A stretch of 63,456 nucleotides of DNA from Limisphaerales bacterium. GTDB taxonomy: Bacteria; Verrucomicrobiota; Verrucomicrobiia; Limisphaerales; SIBE01. Below, piece by piece: positions 28,268 through 39,181 of the stretch. Under the pieces are notes generated by a model. It was not told the origin of the DNA, did no database searches, and saw nothing but the letters and a program-made list of their open reading frames with translations. How positions within the stretch are numbered: position 1 is the first letter of the stretch; each line of letters opens with the position of its first letter. Where the stretch lies: positions 1 through 63,456 of the forward strand of contig JBGAIN010000029.1 of the NCBI GenBank assembly GCA_044225505.1, given 5' to 3'. The translations under genes and the position numbers were made by a program.

Positions 28268-30130
28268 ATGGCAGAAGCGCTTAAGCCGCCCACAACGGAA
28301 CATTCCTACGCCACCTCGGAATTGGTGGTGCGGTTGCTGCGCCTTGCCTGGAAGTTTCGCTGGGACTGTCTTCTGTCCTTAGTGCTCAGCGTCATTCTTC
28401 TGCTGCTCGGAATGTTCGGCCTCCAATTGCTCGGGATTATCATTGATGTCATTCGATATGCGCTCGATCCGGGTCAACGAGCACCGGCTTATCCAATGAG
28501 TTGGACGCCGCCGCCCGCTTGGACGGCGGTTCAAGTCGTTACCCTGCTCGCTTTCCTGATTATCCTCCAAGCTGTCCTTCGCGCCTGGCTGACGTATCAC
28601 TACAATATGGTCACCGCGCGCCTGACCCAAGCTAAGATCGTCCCCGACCTTCGCGATCGCCTTTACGCTCGCCTACAGCACTTGAGTTTCCGCTTTTTCG
28701 ATGTGCACGGGTCCAGCTCCATTTTTAACCGCGTCACTGGAGATGTGCAAAACACTCGACTGTTCGTTGATGGCGTCGTTTTGCAGGGTATGAATATGGT
28801 CCTGACTCTTAGCGTGTATTTTCTGTTCATGTGGCGCATCCACGCCGGATTAACCGTCGCCTGTCTGTCGGTGGCGGTTCCGCTCTGGTGGGTAACTCAT
28901 TATTACTCTTCACGGCTACGCCCAGGATACCTGCGCAACCGTGAACTCTACGACAGCTTGGTCCTGACATTTAGCGAGAGCATTCGCGGCATTCAAACGA
29001 TGAAGGGATTTGGCGCAGAATCGTATCAAATCCAGCGGTTCGAATCAGGGAACGAGCAGGTCTCTAGTCAGCAACGCCGTATCTTCCGGGATCTTTCCTG
29101 GTTCACCTTAGGCACCCAGTTCCTCTCTCAGCTTAGCTTGGTGATCCTTTTCGCTTATGGCGGCTGGCTCTACGTGCAAGGGCGCATCCCCCTTGGAAGT
29201 GGGCTGGTTGTGTTTGCGGGATTGCTGCAGCAGTTCAATGGTCAGGTCGCCAACATTACGACCATCGCCAACTCCGTGCAGCAGAGCTTTACCGCGGCGC
29301 GCCGTGTCTTTGAGGTATTGGACACGGCGTCTGAGGTGCAAGAGGTGCCGTCCGCTATCGTCAACTCGCGATTACGCGGCGAAATCCGTTTCGAAAATGT
29401 CTCGTTTGGATATGCACCGAATGTTCTCGTCCTTCGAGACCTTTCGTTCGCGGCTACTCCCGGCCAAGTTGTTGGAGTGTTCGGCATGACCGGCTCGGGA
29501 AAAAGCTCTCTACTGAGTCTCATCCCCAGGTTTTACGATCCGTTGCAAGGTCGGATCTTTGCGGACGGCCATGATCTGCGCCAACTGGAGCTGGATAGTT
29601 ACCGACGGCAGATCGGGATTGTTTATCAAGAAAGCTTTCTTTTCTCGAATACTGTGGGCGCGAATATCGCCTTTGGTAATCCTCACGCGACCCAAAGTCA
29701 GATCGAACACGCGGCGCGCGCAGCGTCGGCCCACGACTTCATCATCGATCTGCCTCACGGTTACGACACGGTTCTGGGTGAGTCGGGCGTAGATCTCTCC
29801 GGGGGACAGCGACAGCGTCTTGCCTTGGCACGCGCCCTTTTGCTGGAACCACCGATCCTTATCCTAGACGATCCTACCGCCTCGGTAGACCCAAAGACGG
29901 AACACGAAATCGTTTCGGCGTTGCGCCTAGCCATGTCTGGCCGAACGACATTTGTCGTTGCCAATCGCTTGAGTTTACTGCAGCGGGCCGATGTGATCCT
30001 CGTCTTAGACAAAGGACAGATTGTCGACACCGGAACACACGACAAGCTTGTTCACCGGCCTGGTCCCTACCACGACGCCGCCTTGCTCCAGTTGATGGAC
30101 TTGGCACCAAGCCCATCGCCAAAGCCATGA
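28268..30130 (+). CDS. ABC exporter subunit (TMD+NBD), degenerate-site half
   Basis: GMTGSGKS, LSGGQ, Walker B ILILDD and H-loop ANR. Start at ATG 28268. Confidence 0.92.
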   Translation: MAEALKPPTTEHSYATSELVVRLLRLAWKFRWDCLLSLVLSVILLLLGMFGLQLLGIIIDVIRYALDPGQRAPAYPMSWTPPPAWTAVQVVTLLAFLIILQAVLRAWLTYHYNMVTARLTQAKIVPDLRDRLYARLQHLSFRFFDVHGSSSIFNRVTGDVQNTRLFVDGVVLQGMNMVLTLSVYFLFMWRIHAGLTVACLSVAVPLWWVTHYYSSRLRPGYLRNRELYDSLVLTFSESIRGIQTMKGFGAESYQIQRFESGNEQVSSQQRRIFRDLSWFTLGTQFLSQLSLVILFAYGGWLYVQGRIPLGSGLVVFAGLLQQFNGQVANITTIANSVQQSFTAARRVFEVLDTASEVQEVPSAIVNSRLRGEIRFENVSFGYAPNVLVLRDLSFAATPGQVVGVFGMTGSGKSSLLSLIPRFYDPLQGRIFADGHDLRQLELDSYRRQIGIVYQESFLFSNTVGANIAFGNPHATQSQIEHAARAASAHDFIIDLPHGYDTVLGESGVDLSGGQRQRLALARALLLEPPILILDDPTASVDPKTEHEIVSALRLAMSGRTTFVVANRLSLLQRADVILVLDKGQIVDTGTHDKLVHRPGPYHDAALLQLMDLAPSPSPKP

Positions 30131-32007
30131 GCGCCTCGCGAACGTCAACAGCCACGAGTGCCCATGCAGCCAGCTTGGACCGCGCGCGCGAAGCCATCAC
30201 CTATTTCCGTCCGTTGGATGAACGAGAGTCGGACCGTGCCCCGCTTAGCGCCCAACTTATTCGGCGCATCTTTGGTTACACCCGCCCCTATGTCAAACGC
30301 CGCAACATCCTGTTTCTGCTGACGTTCGCTCGCGGACTGCAGTTGCCAGCCCTCGCCTGGCTGATCGGGCGGACGATCAACGGTCCAATCGCCGGACGTG
30401 ATTTGAAGGGGATCTATACTCACGCCGCGACTTACCTCGGTCTGGTCATCGGGATGGTCGCTACACTCTATTTTCGCCAACGATTCGCCCTGGAACTCGG
30501 TGAAGCCGTTGCCCGCGACATGCGCACGGAGCTGTTTCGTAAGTTAAGCCAGCTTCCGATGTCGTTCTTTAATCGGACGAAGTTCGGACGCCTGATCAGT
30601 CGCATGACGTCCGATATTGACAGTGTCCGGGTGGCCGTCCAGGACGTCGCCTTTGTGGTGACAATCCAAGGCGTTCAAATGTCCGTCGCTGCCGCTCTGA
30701 TGCTCTGGTATAATTGGAAGCTATTCTCTTTGATGCTTCTGCTCGTTCCGATCATCTGGATGGTGAATCAGACCTACCGCCGCGAAGCTAGTGCGCAACT
30801 GCGCAACCTACAGGAAACTTGGAGCAGGCTTTCTTCGACTCTAGCTGAATCCGTGACTGGAATCCGTGTGACTCAAGCGTTCGTGCGACAGCAGATCAAT
30901 GCGGATTTTTTTCGGAAACTTGTCAATCTTCACGGTGAGAACAACGTGGGGCTGGCACGGGCTTCGGCCGTGTTCATTCCGTTGCTGCAAATGAAAAGCC
31001 AACTTTTCCTGGGGGTGACGGCGCTATTGAGCGGCTATGGGGCTTTGCGCTGGCAAGGCCAACTGCACATGGAGGTCAGTGACCTGGTCATGTTTTTCTT
31101 TCTGGCTAATTTCTTCTTTGATCCAGTCCAGGTCATTGGCAACCAATACAGTCAGGCACTCACCGCCATGGCGGGCGCAGAACGCTACTTTCAACTCATT
31201 GACATGAAGCCCGAGTGGCAAGACCTGCCCACCGCACGGGCTATCCCACGACTGCGCGGACAAGTGCAATTTGAAAACGTATCGTTTGCCTACGATCCGG
31301 GACGCCCGGTGCTCTCGAACATCTCCTTTACCGCCGAACCTGGGCAAACGATTGCCTTGGTTGGACATACTGGAAGCGGCAAAACAACAGTTGTCGGTCT
31401 CCTGCAGAAATTCTATTTACCGACCGAAGGACGAGTGTTGGTGGATGGCCATGACCTTCGAGATGTTACCAGTGGCTCGTTACATTCCCAGATGGGCAGC
31501 GTGCAACAGAACAATTTTCTCTTCGCAGGCTCAGTCTTCGACAACATCAGGTTCGCTCGGCCGCAAGCGACGGAAGCTGATGTTCGCAATACCCTTCGAT
31601 CCTTGGACTGCCTTGATCTCCTGGAAGCGTTGCCGCAGGGGCTGGCGACACCCGTCGGTGAAAAAAGTGCCGCCTTGTCGCTCGGTCAACGGCAGTTGAT
31701 CTGTTTCGCCAGAGCTCTGCTCGCAGATCCCCGAATCGTCGTTTTGGACGAAGCGACCAGCGCCATCGACACTGTCACCGAGGCTCGACTCCAACGCGCC
31801 CTCGAGATCCTTCTGCAAGGACGAACGTCGTTTGTGGTGGCTCACCGCCTCAGCACAATCCGGAGGGCGGACCTCGTGCTCGTTTTGGACAAAGGGCAGA
31901 TTGTCGAACGCGGAACGCATCAGTCCCTCCTGGCCGCCGGCGGGGTTTACGCACGCCTGCACGACGAATTTGTAGGCCGTCGCTTCGAACTACCGCCCAC
32001 CTCTTGA
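30127..32007 (+). CDS. ABC exporter subunit (TMD+NBD), consensus Walker B half
   Basis: GHTGSGKT, LSLGQ, VVLDE and AHRL. ATGA overlap with the upstream gene. Confidence 0.92.
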   Translation: MSASRTSTATSAHAASLDRAREAITYFRPLDERESDRAPLSAQLIRRIFGYTRPYVKRRNILFLLTFARGLQLPALAWLIGRTINGPIAGRDLKGIYTHAATYLGLVIGMVATLYFRQRFALELGEAVARDMRTELFRKLSQLPMSFFNRTKFGRLISRMTSDIDSVRVAVQDVAFVVTIQGVQMSVAAALMLWYNWKLFSLMLLLVPIIWMVNQTYRREASAQLRNLQETWSRLSSTLAESVTGIRVTQAFVRQQINADFFRKLVNLHGENNVGLARASAVFIPLLQMKSQLFLGVTALLSGYGALRWQGQLHMEVSDLVMFFFLANFFFDPVQVIGNQYSQALTAMAGAERYFQLIDMKPEWQDLPTARAIPRLRGQVQFENVSFAYDPGRPVLSNISFTAEPGQTIALVGHTGSGKTTVVGLLQKFYLPTEGRVLVDGHDLRDVTSGSLHSQMGSVQQNNFLFAGSVFDNIRFARPQATEADVRNTLRSLDCLDLLEALPQGLATPVGEKSAALSLGQRQLICFARALLADPRIVVLDEATSAIDTVTEARLQRALEILLQGRTSFVVAHRLSTIRRADLVLVLDKGQIVERGTHQSLLAAGGVYARLHDEFVGRRFELPPTS

Positions 32008-32151
32008 TACCGCTGCGGTGCAGCTCCAACTTTGATTCGCAGGGGCCGTAAGAGGGCTTCTACCTGACGATGGGAAACATTGAATTCCAATAGGTTCTTC
32101 CCATGAGTGCGGGTTGCCTTTCCGTTGCTATGCGGCAGAGTGCCGCTGCCC

Positions 32152-32578
32152 ATGCAACCAGTAACCCGTCAATGGTTCGAAGCCCCCCTTTATCAATTCC
32201 ACAGTTTTTCGGACCTTCCTGAGAACTATCACAACTGCGACATCGGCTGTCGTCTTGTCGGCAGTCGTGCAAGCACAACAGGATTCTGACAAAGCAGAGA
32301 TCAAGGTAACCAAAGTTGCCGGCGACATTTACATGCTCGTGGGATCGGGCGGCCATATCGGCGTCTCGGTTGGGAACGATGGTATTGTCATCGTGGATGA
32401 CCAATTCGCGCCGCTAGCCCCAAAGATCCGTGAAACCTTACGCGGAATTGCCGACAAGCCGCTCCGATTTGTCCTCAACACTCACTACTACTTCGACCAC
32501 ACCGGGGGTAATGCCCAATTGGGGCGCGACCAATATCTGAACCAAGGTCATCAGCAGGAGCTGACGGCCGGCCGGTAG
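32152..32578 (+). pseudogene. Truncated metallo-beta-lactamase-fold (cyclase-like) hydrolase
   Basis: IYML.GSGG.IG...G.DG...VDDQFAPL...LRFVLNTHYYFDHTGGN. The HxHxDH motif is degenerate, similarity stops right after it, and the 5' end looks frameshifted. Confidence 0.7.
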
Positions 32579-32632
32579 ACCTGGCTCAACGCAGCGAAGC
32601 GTCGAGGCGAATGGTGCATCCGCATTTGTTCG

Positions 32633-35600
32633 CTACCCGTTCTTGCCGCAGCATTGCTTGTACTTCTTGCCGCTGCCGCAAGGGCACGGGTCATTGCGGC
32701 CCACCTTGGGACCTGTCCGAACTGGCTTCGCCTTGGACATGGCCTCAGAAGCCTCGCTGACCATTTCACTTCCCTTCGTAGGTCCAGGAGGAGTCCCTCC
32801 GCTCGAAGCGGTCTGCGTCTGCCCTCCAAACGCGTTCGTCTCTGGATGCACAGTCCTTTGGGGCAGACTGCGTAAGAACTGATCAAATGCCATGAGACTA
32901 GACGCACTGCGAAAGATGTTGTGGCATATTTCGGTTTTGATGTTGACCATCAATTCCTCAAACATCTTAAAGGCCTCGGCTTTGTATTCGATCAGCGGAT
33001 CTCGCTGTCCGTAAGCGCGCAACCCGATGCTGTTGCGCAGACTGTCCATCCCATACAGATGTTCCTGCCAAAGCTTATCGATCGCGCTGAGAATCGTATA
33101 ACGTTCGATAGCTTTGAGAGCCTCTGGATTCTCAAAACTGATCTTTAGCTCGTAAGCATCTCGGACATTCTTGGCAATAAACTGACAAACGGCAAATTGA
33201 GACGGGTTCAGACCGTCAAAGAGCGATCCAGGAACCGGTTGCTCTTCGCCCGAGTGGGCCACTTTCACGATCTCGGGTTCCGGGATACCCAACGGAAAGT
33301 TCAAGTTGACCCAATCTGCCAAGCCACGGACATTCCAGTCTTCCGGAAGACTATCGCCAGAAGTGAATTCCGCAACTTTCGCTACCACGACTTCTTCCAT
33401 AACGTCCATCAGTCGGTCGCGGACGTCTGGTGAATGAATGATCTCGTTGCGAAATCCATAAACAACCTCGCGCTGTTTGTTCATGACGTCGTCGTACTCC
33501 AGCGTTCGTTTCCGAATCTGGAAGTTGTGCTGTTCGACGCGTTTTTGCGCGGTTTCGATCGACCGATTGAGTAACGGATGTTCCAGTTCTTGGCCCTCCT
33601 CGAGCCCAACTCGCTCCATCACCTTCACAATCCGGTCCGAGCCAAACAGACGCATTAGATCATCTTCCAATGAAATAAAAAAGTGAGACGACCCCGGATC
33701 CCCCTGCCGAGCACAACGACCACGTAATTGGCGATCAATGCGCCGAGCTTCGTGCCGCTCGGTTCCGATGACATGCAAGCCGCCGAGTTCCGCAACGCCC
33801 GCCCCGAGCTTAATGTCCGTTCCACGACCCGCCATGTTGGTCGCAATCGTCACCGAGCCACGCTGACCGGCAAAGGCTACGATCTCAGCTTCTTTCTGGT
33901 GGTATTTGGCATTGAGGACGGAATGAACAATCCGGGCCTTATTCAACATCCGGGACAGATGTTCGCTCACCTCGACAGAAATCGTCCCGACCAAAATGGG
34001 ACGGCCTTGCGTATGGATAGTCTGAATCTCACGCAAGACCGCATCAAACTTCTCGCGGCGTGTCTTGTAGACCGTATCGTGCTGATCCTTACGCGCCACA
34101 GGCTTGTTTGTCGGAATCACTAGGACACCCAGTTTGTAAATGTCGTGGAACTCAGAAGCTTCAGTTTCCGCCGTTCCTGTCATGCCAGCCAATTTCAAAT
34201 ACAGACGGAAGTAATTTTGAATCGTGATTGTCGCCAATGTCTGCGTCTCGCGTTCAATTTCCACACCTTCCTTGGCCTCGACTGCCTGATGGAGGCCGTC
34301 GCTCCACCGCCTTCCCGTCATCAATCGACCGGTGTTTTCGTCAACAATGATGACCTTGTTCTCCTGCACAACGTATTGGACGTCCTTCTGGTAGAGAACG
34401 TAGGCTTTCAGCAATTGCGAAATACAATGGATCTGCTGCGCTTTCGCTTCAAATTGCGCTTGGACTTTTGATTTTGCCTCCAACCGCTTCCTGGGATCCG
34501 CCTCGGCACCGGTGTCGATCTCATGAAATGCCGTCGTCAAGTCGGGCAAAACAAATGCATCCGGATCCTCTGGGCTTAAAAATGTTCGCCCCTTCTCGGT
34601 CAAGTCCGCGTCATGGCTTTTTTCATCCATGGCAAAGAACAGGGTCTCTTTTTGGGCGTAAAGGTCTCGTTTGGATTGATCAGCATGCAACTGCAACTCG
34701 GCACGATGCATCAACCGATGGTTTTCCGCATTCTCTAACAGGCGCATCAGCCCTTCCGACTTCGGATTTCCGATCTTAACTCGATAGAGCAATAAACCGA
34801 TCTCCTGCTCCAGCTTTTCTGGGTCGGAAGGATTCGACCCGTCCGCCGGGTGCAGTTTCTTCAGCAACTCCTCGGCTTCGGAAAGGAATCGATTGCAAAG
34901 TTTGTCTTGAGCCCGGACGATCGACTCGACCGGCGGCTTAAACTGAGGGTATTTGTCGTCCACCGCCACCACCGCGGGGCCGCTGATAATAAGTGGGGTC
35001 CGCGCTTCATCCACCAGGATGGAGTCCACTTCATCGACGATCGCAAAGTAATGTCCGCGTTGGACCTGCTCTTCTTTTCGAGATGCCATGCCGTTGTCAC
35101 GGAGATAGTCGAAGCCAAACTCGGCGTTCGTTCCATACGTCACATCGCAGCCATACTGCTCGCGCCGAATGTGAGGCGGTTGGTCATGCAAAATGCACCC
35201 CACCGTTAGGCCAAGAAAACGATAGATGGCTCCCATCCATTCGCTATCACGCGCCGCCAGATAATCATTGACCGTTACCACGTGGACACCGCGCCCCGTC
35301 AGAGCGTTCAGGTAAACCGGCAATGTCGCTACGAGAGTCTTTCCTTCGCCCGTGGCCATTTCAGCGATCCTGCCATTATGGAGTGCAGCCCCTCCGATCA
35401 ACTGCACGTCAAACGGGACCATCTCCCATCGGATTGGATGTCCCCGGACCACGACGTCTTTTCCACAAAGGCGGCGACAAGCGTTCTTCACAACAGCAAA
35501 CGCTTCCGGGAGTATCTCACTCAAGGCCGCCGCGAGTTCGGCGTTGTCTTGAATCGCAGAGAGTCGGGTCTTCCAATCGGCTGTCTTCTGGCGAAGGGCC

Positions 35601-35722
35601 TCATCGGACAAGGCCTGAAGCGTGCTTTCTATTTCGTTGATACTCGTGACCAGCGGCCGCAAACGCTTAACTTCGCGGTCGTTTTTTGACCCGATCACTT
35701 TCTTAATGATGTACCCGATCAT
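32633..35722 (-). CDS. secA: Preprotein translocase SecA
   Basis: MATGEGKT, DEVDS, GRRWSDGLHQ, TNMAGRGTDI and a C-terminal SEC-C motif CPCGSGKKYKQCC. Confidence 0.98.
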   Translation of the reverse strand: MIGYIIKKVIGSKNDREVKRLRPLVTSINEIESTLQALSDEALRQKTADWKTRLSAIQDNAELAAALSEILPEAFAVVKNACRRLCGKDVVVRGHPIRWEMVPFDVQLIGGAALHNGRIAEMATGEGKTLVATLPVYLNALTGRGVHVVTVNDYLAARDSEWMGAIYRFLGLTVGCILHDQPPHIRREQYGCDVTYGTNAEFGFDYLRDNGMASRKEEQVQRGHYFAIVDEVDSILVDEARTPLIISGPAVVAVDDKYPQFKPPVESIVRAQDKLCNRFLSEAEELLKKLHPADGSNPSDPEKLEQEIGLLLYRVKIGNPKSEGLMRLLENAENHRLMHRAELQLHADQSKRDLYAQKETLFFAMDEKSHDADLTEKGRTFLSPEDPDAFVLPDLTTAFHEIDTGAEADPRKRLEAKSKVQAQFEAKAQQIHCISQLLKAYVLYQKDVQYVVQENKVIIVDENTGRLMTGRRWSDGLHQAVEAKEGVEIERETQTLATITIQNYFRLYLKLAGMTGTAETEASEFHDIYKLGVLVIPTNKPVARKDQHDTVYKTRREKFDAVLREIQTIHTQGRPILVGTISVEVSEHLSRMLNKARIVHSVLNAKYHQKEAEIVAFAGQRGSVTIATNMAGRGTDIKLGAGVAELGGLHVIGTERHEARRIDRQLRGRCARQGDPGSSHFFISLEDDLMRLFGSDRIVKVMERVGLEEGQELEHPLLNRSIETAQKRVEQHNFQIRKRTLEYDDVMNKQREVVYGFRNEIIHSPDVRDRLMDVMEEVVVAKVAEFTSGDSLPEDWNVRGLADWVNLNFPLGIPEPEIVKVAHSGEEQPVPGSLFDGLNPSQFAVCQFIAKNVRDAYELKISFENPEALKAIERYTILSAIDKLWQEHLYGMDSLRNSIGLRAYGQRDPLIEYKAEAFKMFEELMVNIKTEICHNIFRSASSLMAFDQFLRSLPQRTVHPETNAFGGQTQTASSGGTPPGPTKGSEMVSEASEAMSKAKPVRTGPKVGRNDPCPCGSGKKYKQCCGKNG

Positions 35723-35749
35723 GTGCGTCTTGGAAAAATCCGGCTAGCT

Positions 35750-35778
35750 AAGTTAGGAGATGAGCTGACGAGCGTCAA
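35750..35778 (-). promoter_or_regulatory. Putative sigma70 promoter of secA
   Basis: TTGACG-N17-TAACTT on the minus strand. Confidence 0.55.
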
Positions 35779-35840
35779 AGGAAATGGCGCAACGCAGTCG
35801 ACCCCTGCCCAGCAAGAGAATCGCGGCGCTTACCCAGCCG

Positions 35841-37829
35841 CTAAGCCCCCGCCGGTGCGGCTGCGCCTGCATTCCCGGTCAAGCCACGAGCGGGTTTATC
35901 TTTGGGCAAGGCCTTGGCCCGACCGCGGAAGCTGAGCCAATACCTGTCTGGCAGCATCGTTAGACCAATTAGAAGGACTTGGCTGACAATAAAGAGCATT
36001 AGCCATTGGAAAGCCTTGTCCATGAAGCCATAGCTGTGTAACCCCACGCCGAGCATGTTAACGCCAAACCAGGAAAAACTGGTAACGATATTGCCAAAGA
36101 TCGATAATGCCATCAAACCGCGCTCCCGAATCATTCCTCCCCAACGAGCATGCAAGATGACAGCGCACCAAATCACGATCAATAGAGCCCCATTTTCCTT
36201 CGGATCCCACCCCCAGAAACGCCCCCAAGACTGATCCGCCCAGATCCCCCCTAGAATTGTCCCGACAAAACTGAACAGCGTGGAAAAACAGACGATCCCG
36301 TAAACCATCCGCGACAACGATTTGGCCGTGGTCTCAGTCAGTGAGCGCGTAAAAAATCCGCGTATGACATAAAGTATCGCCAGGAAACCAGCGAAAAACA
36401 TGGATGAATACCCAGCTGTAATCATCACGACGTGAGTTGCCAGCCAGAAATTCGTGTCCAGAACTGCGCGGAGCATCTCCATGGTGTCCCCGCCAAGTGC
36501 CAAATGATGCGCAATGATCTGGGTCGTGAACCCGACCGCCGACGACGCAACAATACCGATCCCGTCTCGGAACATCCGTTCCAAGATGATTCCCAGAAAG
36601 ACGGCACCCCAGCCGACAAATATCGCGGATGAATACAGGTTCGTTACGGGTGGGCGCCCTTCCAGGAACATCCGAAATCCCAGTCCGAGCGTGTGGATCG
36701 CGAAGGCAAAGACAAGCAGGTAAAACGCGGCCTGTCGAATCATGGGCGAGAGCCGCAGCCAGTAAGCGCAGCCCAAAAGCAGCGCGGCAACATAAATGAC
36801 CATCGCCTTATAGAACGGCTCTAAGTGATTAAAAAAATGCTCGCGCCGGCCCTTGGCAATCTCTTGGACTAACGCCTTCTCCTGCAGCCACTGGGAATAC
36901 TCCCGAAGGGCCTGATTGAATTCAACCGGTCGGCCGCCCGAATAAGCACTGGAAAGGCGAGCATAGAAGGTCACCGCCGGATGCACCTCGCCAGTCTTCA
37001 TCGATTCCATTAGACTGCGCCCCACGTTTTTCCATTCCTCCCGAGAGTGGTCAGGATTGAGAGGTGGCACCACCAGCGGATACGCAAGGTTTTCCAGCTC
37101 CCGATAACGGTTGAAATGTTCCAATAGAGGCTGAAGTTCAGGGCTGTTATGCCCTTGCCCTTTGTCGGCCAGTTGGAGGGCTGGGAGACCTGTCTTGATA
37201 GCAGCTTTGTAAAGGTCCAACTCTTCGAGAAAGCCAACGGAGCGGCCAGACGCGGCCTCTCGACCTTGTCGTTGTCGAACGAACTCGGTCGCATCTGCCG
37301 GCTGTAAACTATTCTTCAACCGATGGTAAAGGAAAAGGCTGTTATAAAGGTGAATCAGGTCCTTTTGATAGGGGGTCCGCGTTTCTGAGGACGCGGTCTT
37401 CTCTTGTTCTGCCTTCAGGATAGGATGAACTTGCTGCTCAATTTGGCTTAAATGCGGAGAAATCTCATTGAACGATAAATACTCCAAACCCGCGCCATGG
37501 ACTCCGAGCAACCCCTGAACATCGGGATGTTGAATCCGAAAACTCTTATACTGGTCAGCTTCATCAGGCTGAAGGGCCAATTCTAGAAGCCAACGTGTGC
37601 TAGAGATATAGGTGCCTCCTTTTTCTTTCGGGACGGTTTGCTTCCCACGCATGCTAAGAAGCGCGTTGCGCGCCACCGAGTCGAGCGGCTGGACTCGGCC
37701 ATTCAGCAAAACTGGCAGGCGACCAAACTCCTCAATTTGGAAACCCTCTCCTTCACGTGCGGGAACTAAAGCAGTCGCCACCCAAGCGGCAAACACCCCG
37801 ACCAGAATCCACGGGAACCAGCGCTTCAT
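35841..37829 (-). CDS. ccsA: Cytochrome c biogenesis protein CcsA/ResC (system II) with large periplasmic domain
   Basis: WWD domain WADQSWGRFWGWDPKEN, GLHSYG and WLATHV. Confidence 0.93.
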   Translation of the reverse strand: MKRWFPWILVGVFAAWVATALVPAREGEGFQIEEFGRLPVLLNGRVQPLDSVARNALLSMRGKQTVPKEKGGTYISSTRWLLELALQPDEADQYKSFRIQHPDVQGLLGVHGAGLEYLSFNEISPHLSQIEQQVHPILKAEQEKTASSETRTPYQKDLIHLYNSLFLYHRLKNSLQPADATEFVRQRQGREAASGRSVGFLEELDLYKAAIKTGLPALQLADKGQGHNSPELQPLLEHFNRYRELENLAYPLVVPPLNPDHSREEWKNVGRSLMESMKTGEVHPAVTFYARLSSAYSGGRPVEFNQALREYSQWLQEKALVQEIAKGRREHFFNHLEPFYKAMVIYVAALLLGCAYWLRLSPMIRQAAFYLLVFAFAIHTLGLGFRMFLEGRPPVTNLYSSAIFVGWGAVFLGIILERMFRDGIGIVASSAVGFTTQIIAHHLALGGDTMEMLRAVLDTNFWLATHVVMITAGYSSMFFAGFLAILYVIRGFFTRSLTETTAKSLSRMVYGIVCFSTLFSFVGTILGGIWADQSWGRFWGWDPKENGALLIVIWCAVILHARWGGMIRERGLMALSIFGNIVTSFSWFGVNMLGVGLHSYGFMDKAFQWLMLFIVSQVLLIGLTMLPDRYWLSFRGRAKALPKDKPARGLTGNAGAAAPAGA

Positions 37830-39181
37830 GAGCTTCTCCTTTTACTGCCCCCCACGGCGGCAGCCTCCAATGATTTCGACAACACAGACTCTGCCGCCAG
37901 ATTCGAAGCAGGCTCACCCCGGGTGCTGGGCGCTGCGCCCTTTTGCCCGCGAAGAGCCGCCGGAGCAGTTGCAACGACCGAGCGTTTTTTCGCAAATCCA
38001 AACAAATGCATCAAGAATTGGACGGTCAGGCCAATTCCGACCAAGGTGCACGAAAAATAGGGTGTCAACCACGCTGGATTGCGCACGACCTGCAGAATCG
38101 AAACGGTATCGCCCGGCAAAAAACCTCCCTGGTAGTAGGTTTCGCCTTCGTAGCGCAGAGGATTGTTCATATAAATCAAAACCTCTCGATCTTCGCTTTT
38201 TGCAGGGTTTTGAACCCGGATCTTGCTTGAAAAATCCTTTGGAATTTCCGTCCCGTTGTAACGCTTGTGCGTAAAGTCCAACAGAGAGATACTGTAAGGC
38301 TTATAATAGCGCACAGGCCGAATCGAGAGCTGGAACTTACGGTTGTCGAGCGTGAATTCCTGTGGAGCGTCCAGCAAACTCGCTAGCTGGCCACCCATCA
38401 TTCGCTTTAGGTCACCCGGGTACTGAAACCATGTGGTCACTATCCACGAGCCTAATGATCCGTTGGCGGCTAGCACTTCAACCAGAGCCGCTGGGAAATT
38501 GCTTTCGTCCGTCTTGGTCGTGGCCTCTCTCGGCTGAAACCGAAGGCGTTGCCCAATCCCTTGCGTCGCTTCGATTCGATGAATATTCCCGGCCACGGAT
38601 GCCATCGCGGGGGCTGGAGACGAATTCGGAAAGTACTCTTTCACTCGAATGCGGAAAGGCAGGTTCGGCAGCTGGATCTCCCCGCGTTCGGCCAGGCGGG
38701 ATTCGGGAATAGCCGTCACCTGGTCTCGATCGGGGCTGGATACGTCAGTGATAGCCAACTCGTTCTTCCGCGAGCTTTCAGTGTAGTTTTTTGTCTCCCC
38801 CTCTTCCAGACGCATGAAACTCTCAACTTGAAACGTTTCTGTGAGGAACTGGCCGACAAACAGCAGGATCAGTCCCGCATGAATCAGGAAAAGCCCAACT
38901 TTCTTTCGTGAAAGATCGAACCGTTTGATATGCGCTGCGATGAGATTGACCAGGAGCACCGCGCCTAACAAATAACCGCCCGGCCAGACAGGTACACTCC
39001 ACGAGGTCCCCGGAATAGTCCAAAAGACAAAAAGGCTGTGGAAATAGCGCTCCTGCGTAACATAAAGTCCAAGGTGAACCTGGGCTAGTGTCCCGGCAAA
39101 CACGAGAACCAACGCACACGCGAGACAGAAAACCGTCAGTCGCAGCGAAGTGAGAAATCTGACTGTGCGATCAAGAAGCAT
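37826..39181 (-). CDS. Cytochrome c biogenesis protein ResB/CcsB-like
   Basis: Three N-terminal TM helices with IHAG His, I.MNNPLRY.G...YQ and a C-terminal TM helix. Overlaps ccsA. Confidence 0.85.
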   Translation of the reverse strand: MLLDRTVRFLTSLRLTVFCLACALVLVFAGTLAQVHLGLYVTQERYFHSLFVFWTIPGTSWSVPVWPGGYLLGAVLLVNLIAAHIKRFDLSRKKVGLFLIHAGLILLFVGQFLTETFQVESFMRLEEGETKNYTESSRKNELAITDVSSPDRDQVTAIPESRLAERGEIQLPNLPFRIRVKEYFPNSSPAPAMASVAGNIHRIEATQGIGQRLRFQPREATTKTDESNFPAALVEVLAANGSLGSWIVTTWFQYPGDLKRMMGGQLASLLDAPQEFTLDNRKFQLSIRPVRYYKPYSISLLDFTHKRYNGTEIPKDFSSKIRVQNPAKSEDREVLIYMNNPLRYEGETYYQGGFLPGDTVSILQVVRNPAWLTPYFSCTLVGIGLTVQFLMHLFGFAKKRSVVATAPAALRGQKGAAPSTRGEPASNLAAESVLSKSLEAAAVGGSKRRSS

